DNA from: Haliotis cracherodii
Lineage: Eukaryota
Length of the DNA stretch: 64,000 nt
Assembly (NCBI RefSeq): GCF_022045235.1
Contig: NW_027266266.1
Location: 35,340,001-35,404,000 of the forward strand
Direction of reading: 5' to 3'
How positions within the stretch are numbered: the first letter of the stretch is position 1; each line of letters begins with the position of its first letter. The translations under genes and the position numbers were made by a program. Below, piece by piece: positions 51,991 through 62,127 of this stretch. The notes below the pieces were generated by a model. That model saw only the letters and a list, made by a program, of their open reading frames with translations, ran no database searches and had not been told where the DNA came from.

Positions 51991-52261
51991 GGGCAGCCCA
52001 GTCATCTAAGGCGCCCCGTTAGCCTGTGCTAAGTTGCGTCCCTTTAATATGCCTGAAACCTTTGACGGTCGGTTTGAATCCCGATTCCCCTCAATTATAT
52101 TCCAAGGTTGTCCGCATCATACGCATGCTCGTGGGTTCACCAAAGCAGTCAATGTCTGAGACCTGAATCACTGGGCTTTTTCCCATATAGAGCTGACAAG
52201 CTGATATAACTTGAACACTGTTCGAAGTGGCGTCAAACCCTAACTCACACATTCACTCACT
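51991..52261 (+). mobile_element. SINE-C, near full-length
   Basis: gggcagcccagtcatctaaggcgc..agttgcgtccctt..ggtttgaatccc..tgctcgtgggttcacc..ctgttcgaagtggcgtcaaaccctaactcac. Confidence 0.75.
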
Positions 52262-52596
52262 GTTTTACCAGTTAATCCCAAATTTGCCCTGGCTAGAACT
52301 TTGCTCATGTTCACCAAAGACATACAACATTTCGGCTTTCCTCCTGCATTGAGGCCAACATCCTGTGATATTACTGTGACCCTACAGAATAAATTAAAAA
52401 GGGAGTCCAACTCAGGTCTAGAATGGCATGGCAAGTCTAGATTGCCTCAGCTCTTGGAATGAAATGAAGTATATTTCTCCATTTGGATTCTATTTTAATT
52501 TCATTTTGTTGCCATGTATTTGTAAATAAGATAACTTTATTTCTGGGATGAAATGTCGGTCATGTGACATGGTATTGTGAGGTACACACATATGGC

Positions 52597-52678
52597 AAGA
52601 GGTGTCATATGTGAAGAGGTGTCATATGTGAAGAGGTGTCATATGTGAAGAGGTGTCATGTGTGAAGAGGTGTCATGT
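52597..52678. repeat. 17-bp tandem repeat, ~5 copies, abutting the exon 3 acceptor
   Basis: AAGAGGTGTCATATGTG repeated. Confidence 0.9.
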
Positions 52679-52685
52679 ATTTCAG

Positions 52686-52807
52686 GGAGAAGGCACGATA
52701 GAGTATGTGATCGAGGCTTCATCCTATTCTGAGATGAAGAGCTGGCTGGAGGTGGTCCAGGGGGTCATACAGCACAACCGATGTACAGAGGAGGATTCAC
52801 AGGCTAT
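52686..52807 (+). CDS. SH2B: SH2B exon 3 (end of PH domain)
   Basis: tttcag|GGA; GEGTIEYVIEASSYSEMKSWLEVVQGVIQHNRCTEEDSQA+AT|gtacgt; PH C-terminal helix Trp present. Confidence 0.85.
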
Positions 52808-53245
52808 GTACGTATTCACCTCGTCACCAATATTCTTTCAAATGTCCTCAAATCAGTGTTTACGTTGTGTTCTGATCTTGAGTTGTGTGATGGCCAAAGA
52901 GTGAGCTCATCACACTGAAGACCCAGTTTGGATTCCCCACATGGGATAAAGCAAGAATTGTGCAAATCACCTCACTCTCTTTTTTTTGCAGCAGTTCCTG
53001 CTTTATCACAAACTTCTGGTTCTGGAAATTCTGGTTGTGAAGTAATCTAGTGTTAGTCACTTGGCATGTTTAACTGTTCTGTTGTATCTTCATACACTTG
53101 AAGTTTCACTCCTGTAAAATGTCTTTTAACTCAGTAAATGGCAGATGTCATTATAGCAATAGTTTGGGCAGACCTAACAGGGTACTGGAGTACTGTTATT
53201 CTATAATAATAACATACATTCATCTTTATTGTGTTTATCTTTCAG

Positions 53246-53292
53246 GAGACCAAGGCTCCCCACAGCCCCTTCAGGGTCAATAGAGAGAAAAG
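53246..53292 (+). CDS. SH2B: SH2B exon 4 (47-nt linker exon)
   Basis: ctttcag|G AGA CCA..AAA G|gtgaga; (M)RPRLPTAPSGSIERK; phases 2 and 1 reconcile exons 3 and 5. Confidence 0.75.
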
Positions 53293-53712
53293 GTGAGATG
53301 GGAATTTGTTTTAGTTGTGTAAGACTTTCAGAGGTTTTATGCTGTTTTATTGTTAAGTATGAATCTAAGGGGTGACCTACACTACTTGAATCTCTGTGTT
53401 GAGAATGCTATGCTATGATTATTCTCCTGATATTCATAACCAAGGCATGTTTGTCTACATCAATGTAGTACCAGAAACCTTTCGGAAGCCAAGATTGTTG
53501 ATACATATTTATGACTAATTGGGAAGTTAGTGAGCAGCCATTTGATTTTCAGTGGGAAGGAAGGGGACCAGGATTTTGGTTTCAGATCAGCAATGTCTTT
53601 TAATGACTGCTCAAGATTCAACATATCTGTTTGAAAAAAGTCAATAAAGAGTTTTTAGATCAAGTGTTGGCTATGCAGAGGGTCACTGAAGCTGATGTTT
53701 CTATTTTCATAG

Positions 53713-53895
53713 AGTCCCCTCCTATCAGTGCCCACCAGCGGAGTTCCTCTCAGGGTTCTATTGGAGCCAACCCACCCGAGGTGCCCCCGCGCCCCTCACC
53801 ACGGCCGTGGAGCACCCCCCATGCCACTCCTGTGTCCAGTAGAGTATCAAGTGCAGTAGATGTGGCGGGTTCACCCAGATATGACAGTGGCTTTG
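53713..53895 (+). CDS. SH2B: SH2B exon 5 (Pro/Ser-rich linker)
   Basis: ttttcatag|AG TCC; ESPPISAHQRSSSQGSIGANPPEVPPRPSPRPW...YDSGF G|gtttgt; 183 nt, phase 1-1. The donor is inferred from phase. Confidence 0.72.
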
Positions 53896-53937
53896 GTTTG
53901 TTCACTTGCTACAGTTTGACCTGTATGATGACTGAGG

Positions 53938-54801
53938 TTATGTACTCCACTCTGTACCGTTACTGATGTACTCTGCTGTGTACCGTTATTGATGTATTCA
54001 GCGCTGTACCATTACTGATGTACTCTGCGCTGTACCGTTACTGATGTACTCTGCTCTGTACCGTTACTGATGTACTCTGCTGTGTACCGTTACTGATGTA
54101 CTCTGCTGTGTACCGTTATTGATGTATTCAGCGCTGTACCGTTACTGATGTACTCTGCTCTGTACCGTTACTGATGTACTCTGCTCTGTACCGTTACTGA
54201 TGTACTCTGCTCTGTACCGTTACTGATGTACTCTGCTGTGTACCGTTACTGATGTACTCTGCTGTGTACCGTTACTGATGTACTCTGCTGTGTACCGTTA
54301 CTGATGTACTCTGCGCTGTACCGTTACTGATGTACTCTGCTCTGTACCGTTACTGATGTACTCTGCTCTGTACTGTTACTGATGTACTCTGCTGTGTACC
54401 GTTACTGATGTACTCTGCTCTGTACTGTTACTGATGTACTCTGCTCTGTACTGTAACTGATGTACTCTGCTCTGTACCGTTACTGATGTACTCTGCTGTG
54501 TACCGTTACTGATGTACTCTGCTGTGTACCGTTACTGATGTACTCTGCTCTGTACCGTTACTGATGTACTCTGCGCTGTACCGTTACTGATGTACTCTGC
54601 TCTGTACCGTTACTGATGTACTCTGCTCTGTACTGTAACTGATGTACTCTGCTCTGTACTGTTACTGATGTACTCTGCTGTGTACCGTTACTGATGTACT
54701 CTGCTCTGTACTGTTACTGATGTACTCTGCTCTGTACTGTAACTGATGTACTCTGCTCTGTACTGTTACTGATGTACTCTGCTCTGTACTGTAACTGATG
54801 T
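53938..54801. repeat. 26-bp minisatellite, ~33 copies
   Basis: Unit GTACCGTTACTGATGTACTCTGCTCT. Confidence 0.95.
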
Positions 54802-55106
54802 AATTGACACTCTTACCCTTAGTACAGTTTTCAGCCAATATGGATTCTGGGTCAAAATAAGTCCCCAGTGACCTAAGCTTTTAATTGAAGGTGACTTTCT
54901 GGATCTTGTTGTCGGTCTGAGTGGCTGGCTTGACTGTTAGTCAGCATGCAAATGCCATATGTGAAATTATTACTTTTTTCCGTGTAATTAGAGTGATCGT
55001 TAACTCAGTATCAATTTTAAGATATCTGACAAACAACTTACTTATCTGACGTACTGCCAATTGTCTAATTCCATCTTAGTTAGGAAATTTGTTCAATGAT
55101 TTTCAG

Positions 55107-55309
55107 AACATCGGGATATGCTTGGCGAAGGCTCAATTGACACAATGTTGAGGGAATACCCCTGGTTCCATGGGACACTGTCTCGAGCAGAAGCTGCTCA
55201 ACTGGTCCTGCAACAAGGTCCTATAGGACATGGCGTGTTCCTCGTCCGGAAGAGTGAGACACGGACAGGAGAATATGTCCTCACATTCAACTTCCAGGGT
55301 AGAGCCAAG
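55107..55309 (+). CDS. SH2B: SH2B exon 6 (SH2 domain N-half)
   Basis: ttttcag|AA CAT; [45 protein letters not shown]|gtaagg. Confidence 0.96.
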
Positions 55310-56125
55310 GTAAGGATGACTCCTCACCTCGCATGTCCTCCTCCTCAGGACCCTGAGATTTCCGGGTACCTAGTACCCCATATGTGTGAAAGATGTTCAC
55401 CTGAAAGGGTTGGTTGTTGCCTGTACTCAACAAGGCTAATGTAATGGATGTTATTTCCATGGACTCGTTGATACTGAAGTAACAGTCCCTCCCACATGTG
55501 AATAGGTAGTTAATCACGACTTAAGGCACTGTGTAGGTGTGAGAGTGTGTGGGGGTGTGTGGGAGTGAGTGAGTGATTGAGTGAATAAGGTTACCACCGG
55601 TAGTGTGAATAAATGTCATTTATTTTGTCTATTTTCATTCTAAGGAGTAAGACAATAATTGTGTGTGTGCAGAAGTCAAACATTGATCGTCATGTGATGA
55701 ACAAGAGACATTTTCAAAATCCTCACTTAAATTCTGACATTGAATTTAGTGTTTGCAATTGACCTAATTGGTGCTACAACAGGTTGTGTAGAGTTGTAGG
55801 ACGCTAGGTCTGTCATATATTGATGGAAATGAATAAGGGAACATTTAGTTTTAGACACAGTTAAATGATATGCTGTCATGGGTTCTACCAAATACATGCA
55901 ATTCGTTACATTTGATGCTGACAAATGTATGCACGCATTTCAAATATACTGACAATAAAGCTTGTTCACTTTGTATTTATTGTTTCCCTTGTTCGCGTCC
56001 ATCAGTATATCTATAACCATGCAGAATGCTAACATCTACCAATATCTGCATCATGTTGGCCTTTCAACTATAATCTGACACTGTCATGTGAGTGAAATTG
56101 AACCTGGTTAACTCTTGAGTGACAT

Positions 56126-56271
56126 GGGTGGCCCACATGGGAAGCATCACAATTTGCTGTACAGAGTTGTGTCCCTTGTACCACTTTTGTGAATCCACAA
56201 ACATAACATCATTTTGGGCTTGCCTCCACATCATTCTGAAATAAAGCAGCGTTAAACCACACTCACTCACT
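56126..56271 (+). mobile_element. SINE-C, internally deleted, ending just upstream of the last SH2B acceptor
   Basis: gggtggccc..agagttgtgtccctt..gggcttgcctccacat..gcagcgttaaaccacactcactcactc. Confidence 0.65.
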
Positions 56272-56292
56272 CTTTGTGTTTGTATTTTTCAG

Positions 56293-56700
56293 CATTTACG
56301 GATGACAATTAACAATGAAGGACAATGCCGAGTACAACATCTGTGGTTTCAGACAATATTTGACATGTTGGAGCATTTCCGAACACACCCTATCCCATTG
56401 GAATCAGGAGGGTCATCAGATGTTACCTTAACGGACTATATTGTTGCCATGGAAAGGCCACGTACACCTACAACCTTGCCGCGGGGATCACCAAGATCAC
56501 ATGGGAATGCAGGAGGGATCAGAAATTCTTTATCAGCACATCATGGGCATTTTGACAATAATCGTGACATCGTTGTGATAAGTGGTTCTGTGAGGTCAAG
56601 GACATCATCCATTGAGAATGTTGTGCGGGAACAGGCTCAGGGCTCACAGCAACAGTTATCTCATGGCCGAGCGGTGGAGAATCACTACTCGTTTGTGTGA
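56293..56700 (+). CDS. SH2B: SH2B exon 7 (SH2 C-half and C-terminal Tyr motif)
   Basis: tttttcag|CAT; [50 protein letters not shown]. Total CDS 1725 nt = 574 aa. Confidence 0.96.
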   Translation, partial: HLRMTINNEGQCRVQHLWFQTIFDMLEHFRTHPIPLESGGSSDVTLTDYIVAMERPRTPTTLPRGSPRSHGNAGGIRNSLSAHHGHFDNNRDIVVISGSVRSRTSSIENVVREQAQGSQQQLSHGRAVENHYSFV

Positions 56701-57614
56701 TTGGGATTCACCACCAAGTTGTTATATGGCACAGTTGGAGTTAACCTTTGGAGTCCTCAAATCCAGATGCTTGGTTCAGCTTCCACAAGTGGTGGTACAA
56801 CTACCATTCTGCCTGGCCTGTGTAATGTGCAGCCGCTAACATATTCATAGCACAAAGCGAACATAGTGTGACAACTTTTGTAGGTCTGAGGTATTTATGG
56901 GACTAAAGCTTAGACGTGGAAGAATATTTAGGTTTTTTAGCTTTGTGGAACTGTCTTCATGACAGTGGCGTTCCAGGACAATACTGAGGATTCCTGTTGT
57001 CTCCAGTACCATGACATACAAGCTGCAGTGAATCTGGAAATAACTGAACAAAGGTGAACCTGTAGCCCTAGCAACTGAGTAGATAGAGAAGTAAAACAAG
57101 GACGTGACATTTTCAGAAACATAAACAGGGTGAGAGAACCTGAAGTGAACCCACTCGATTGTGTATCCCAACTCCTTTGGGCACAATTTGAAGCCCATGT
57201 TCTACTGAGTATATATATATGTTGATGATGTGCACCTGTTTTCATGCATAGCCGGCAATCTTTATCTAATTTATTGAGAAGTCTAAAGGTTACAGTAATC
57301 CCATTTTTATCTGATTGTTTATGTGATATTCATATTGCATTGATAACTCACAGCAAGAATTTTATTTAACTGTGTACAGGTTGAGTTATGTCAATCGTGA
57401 TAAAAACGTTATGAACATAGGCATCTTTAAATCTTTTATATATTTTAAATTATCCAAGTTCCTACCTGTTCAAGGCTTTCAGTATTGCTGTTTAGTTTTA
57501 GCATGTAGTCATAGTCTATTCATCAGATCGTTGTCAATTTAAACAGAAGAACTCATGCAACTTTTTGTGAAGGAAAGTTTGGAAAGGTACTCTATACAGT
57601 GGTTATCATGCTGC

Positions 57615-57960
57615 TAACCCCTGGGCACGCCCGGAAGCTATTATTGTAGGTTCGAATCCCAGTCTCTAGGTTTGTCAGCACTAGAGCCATGCTTGTGGGT
57701 GTTACCAGAGTGGTAAACATCTGCATCACTTTAGGCTTTCCTCCCACATTAAGCTGATGATATAATTAAGTCATGATATACAGTAAACTACGTTTATAAT
57801 GAATTGACAGATATATCACTGTTTTTTGGTCCCGTCCATTTGCTGTATATATGCTTATAACGAACTATGGTTATATGAACTAAAATGAGTGGTCCCCTTG
57901 AGTTTGTTATAACCGTAGTTTACTGTAACTGTTAATGGTGTTGCTTAACCAAACTCACTC
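57615..57960 (+). mobile_element. SINE-C interrupted by a MITE
   Basis: ggttcgaatccc..ctaggtttgtcagcac..ggctttcctcccacattaagctga..catgata[MITE]taactg..aactcactc. Confidence 0.65.
57781..57925. mobile_element. 145-bp Tc1/pogo-type MITE
   Basis: TIR CAGTAAACTACG(T/G)TTATAA at both ends, TA duplication at 57779-57780 and 57926-57927. Confidence 0.85.
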
Positions 57961-58044
57961 AGTGCATGTGTTTTTTCTGGTTGACCTCCAGCAGTGTCTC
58001 CTATTTACAGTATTATGCATGACTCCTCACCTCATAGGGCTTTA

Positions 58045-58210
58045 GGGGGTGGTCGGGTAGCCTAGTGGATAAAGCGTTTGCTCGTCACGCTGAAGACCCG
58101 GGTTCGATTCCCGACATGGGTACCATGTGTGAAGCCCATGTCTGGTGTCCCCCGCCGTGATATTGCTGGAATATTGCTAAAAGCGGCGTAAAACCATACT
58201 CACTCACTCA
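58045..58210 (+). mobile_element. SINE-A, young full-length copy
   Basis: Perfect 14-bp TSD ctcatagggcttta (58031-58044 and 58211-58224); tRNA(Asp)-like head gtcacgctgaagacccgggttcgattcccgac. Confidence 0.92.
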
Positions 58211-61200
58211 CTCATAGGGCTTTAATTTTATGTCATACTATAAAAAGTATTTATTTGCAACAGAAGAAATTAATTTTGCCCCTAAAACAAAGAAATATGA
58301 AGACAATAATAATGGTATCCAAGGTAACTTATACCTCCTGAACATGTTGGGGCAAGGCTGGGCAGCAGGGTTCCTCAGGATTTGCTGTTGATGATGGCCG
58401 ATTCATCCTGACTGTGGTCCTTGGTGTGTCTGCGCCAACCCAAGCTGGTGAGCCCCCAAGACCAACATCACATTTGACTTTCCTCTATTACCGCAATAGT
58501 GTTCAATCTAAAACTAGAACAGAAGGGTGAGTTGGGTTTAAGTTTAGACAGATGCAATATGTATGGCTTGTAGCTCTTGTTATTTAACACGTCCCATGGA
58601 TTTTAATATCAACTTTGCTGCATCTTCTGTTTTCTATCTAAGCTGTGTTAGTTGATTTTTTTGCATATCTGTTTTATATTTGCTTAAACTCAGGTTTTCC
58701 CCATAACATGTAATATGGTTTCCATGGTAACACAAACTGATCTTTGATTGGCTAAGGGAACTTAATGATGGTGGTGAATTTATGCAAAAACTTTGTATGA
58801 CAGATTAAGAGGTTAAGATGATAACTTGTCTGCAGTGTTTCTCTGTATCCATCATATGTATCAGAAAGATCATGCTGTTTTGTTAATAAAAATCTTGATC
58901 ACATTTCATTGAGATATTGCCCTTACTTCAGATGAAAGTCATGAAACTACTTTATTGTTTGGAGCAATGTTTCTGGGCTCGCCCATACCTAATTCAGCTG
59001 ATTATCCTGATGAAGGGGCAAGACGTAGCCCTAGCCATAAAAGGTTACTTGTCTTCTAAATATAAAAAAAACATCTTACTTGTGTAAGAGTTAATTTTTG
59101 TGTCAAATTGAATAACATGGAAGATCCTTCAAGCAGTGTTTATGTACAGATGTCATGAGACAGTTGATGAACCTCGTGTTTACAATATTTTATTTTTATC
59201 TTGATTCTTATGCCTTCTGTTAAATCCAGAACGGCAAATGTGTATTACTGTTTAGTAAGTTTGAATATTTGATCTACAGAGATTTCTCATTTTTATGAGA
59301 TAATGTTATACATATATATAGGATTTAGTTATACTTCTTCATGAATTCCCACTCACATAATGTATTGTTGTCAGACACAGTGGTATCACTAGTTGTTACA
59401 GCACAGCACACGGTTTAGAGAGTGTGAGAAATGAAATTGGAACTTTGATTTTAAGATATTTTTTGCAGTTTCTAAATTGATTGGACAACCAACCTGTTTT
59501 ACATGGGAATTAATCTATTAACCAAGAAGAAAGCAGATACAAAGCTTAGTATGCCATTAAGATGATGTGATTGAGGGGTCGATTATCCGGTGTATTTGCG
59601 ATTGATAGATTCTGACAGAGAAGGTCACTCCCATTACAATCTCTTGGCATTGAAGTTCTCTCACTCTTGAGCTGGAACTGAATAACTTATCAAAGGGACT
59701 TTTCTGAACCAGAGTTTGAAATAGATATAGACACAATTGACTCTTTGGAAAGTATTTGTTAAAGTAATGGAGTTTAATCAGAAGATGTTCTTGAGGGGAG
59801 GGAAGTCCTGCCCCTACCTAAGATGTCTATTTGTAATCAGGATTAATTTCAGTCAATTTCTTCCTGGAGTTTGGATGATCATATACATTTGTTATTGCTG
59901 TGATCAACCTCCATGATGTTTTAACAGTTACACAATGTTTTTTGCTCACTTTGTGATTTAATAATGGAATATGCTCACCTGTGTGGCTTTTAGCTCCAGT
60001 ATTGGTATATTTAAGACTTGCCAGTTTCTTCTGCTAAGTTTTGCTAAAAGGAATCACAGATGATGGAGAAGCTTGGTGTTGAATATTGTGCTCAGAAGAT
60101 ATTTATGATAAAATAATAATTTCTTTATTTTGTGAATCACGTATATTTAGCATTAATTTAAAACATTACAACCTCAAATGATTAAGTATTTTTTCTAATA
60201 TCACCATTTCAGGATATGCCATGTTTCTGACACAAGCCATGCTTTGAGGCACATTAGGAATCTAGTTTTTCATGATCAGTTGTTTCACAATGCCAAAATG
60301 CATAATTTGTCAAGGGCCAATCCTGGATTTTTCAAAAGAGTGTCTGTATTTTGTGATTTCATGACAGATCCTGGATGATTGATAATAATGATTCATGATA
60401 AATATATAGATGTTTCCCTTTATTCAAACTTAATGCAAATATATGGTGAATGAGCTCAGTAAGACAGAATCATTTCCTTAGTGTTCAACTGCATATAAGA
60501 TTAAAGGAGAGCTGAGTGTTGTTGTGCATGTTGATATGTATACTCAACGCTTTACTGAAAGTCCCACATCACCTGCAGGAGCCAATTTGTGATATATTAT
60601 CAAATATCAACATTGTAATATAATGGTGCTTAACTTTTGTTGAGGGGTATATACTGCATGCATATATAACAGACATTTCATGAAGACTCCCAATGTTCAT
60701 GAAGTCAGTATGAGTCTTCCTTTATATCAAAATATGTAATTGTCCCATTATGGTCACCGATATTCATGTTCGCCTATGGTCTGGTGAATACAGTGATGAA
60801 AAACTATGGACACAAACAGGACCAAATTCAATCATCAAATTATGAACAGTATTTTCTGCATATTTGTCAACAAATCACACTGTATTTTGGATTCTCAATC
60901 TTAAATTATTTGTTAATAGTTGAGGACAACAGACTGGTGGTTTGTTTCATGTACAGCTTTGATATCATCAAATTGTAAAACATTTCTGAGCTAATTCTGA
61001 TGTCCCTCTTATTGATTCAAGCATGATCATTAATAAAGTTTAGATGTTCTTTAACTTTTAATAATTATCTCCCTTTACAAGATTTCTTTACAGGGGTTGT
61101 AGAGTTCACCTGGAACTCGTGATACTGCTGGAAACAGCTTTGACTTCAGTTCCACTGTATTTTGCTGGATATCGAGAGAAGTGGAATGTTTTAAATCAAT

Positions 61201-62127
61201 ACATTTCCTGTCATCTGTACGAGGCAGGAAATAAAAGTTTGAAGTGTTCAGAGCAGTCAGTATCTTTTGCAATCATCATCTTATCAAAGGGATGGGTGTG
61301 AAAGTGTCTACACTACAGGATACGCATGTCAGGTTTCAGTGTTGTATTGATTATGTATTCAGAAGAAAGAGGTTCTTGTGAATATGTTGTTTACACTGTC
61401 CAGAATACAAAGAGATCTGCTCTAAAGAATACATCATTATAGAGTCAATGTATTCAATGAAAGAAAAGTGTTTACCAGCATGATGTGGTGGAGCTGGCGT
61501 CACATTTTTGCCATATCTAATGCAATGTTCTGCGTTGTGGGTCCCTGCTTGATGTGTGAAGAGAGAGACTGGCAATAGAGTTGTACATAGAGGTGGTGTG
61601 TCTGGGAGAGCGATAGAAATTCTGAATATTTGTACATAACATGCCTGTCACGTGATGAGTAAATGTTGCTAAAAATCACCTGGTGTCTGTTTTGTCTAAA
61701 CACAGATGTTAGTCCGACCAATGTTGTGTCCTGAACTTGAGTTTTGTTTCTGGTTGGGACATTTGTCTGTGCAGAGTTGCTTCCCTTGGGTGTGTCAGAA
61801 GCCCATAATAACTCCCAGATTCACCAGAGGTTTTTCACCATACGCATGTTCTTGGGTAACTGTGGTGTAAATGTTATTTTATTGATATCATTTGTCAAAT
61901 TTATTGACAAAACCCATACCCAGTAATAGCATATTGAAAACAGCAGATGATTAAAAACAACCTCAGGGAAGTTCCAAATGTCAATCAACGATTACCTCAA
62001 CTGAGCGAGTGTTCTGGCTTTGTTGTAAGCGTCATTCCATCTCATCCAAGACATGTTCAATGGGGGCGAGGTCTGGAGTACCCCTCGACCATGGCAGTAA
62101 CTTTACGCTGCCTTGCAAACTCTGTTA

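Noticed and set aside
58965-59036. Hammerhead-like CTGATGAAG-GGGC..GCCC
   Set aside because: The GAAA core after stem II is missing (TAGC instead); at most a dead remnant.
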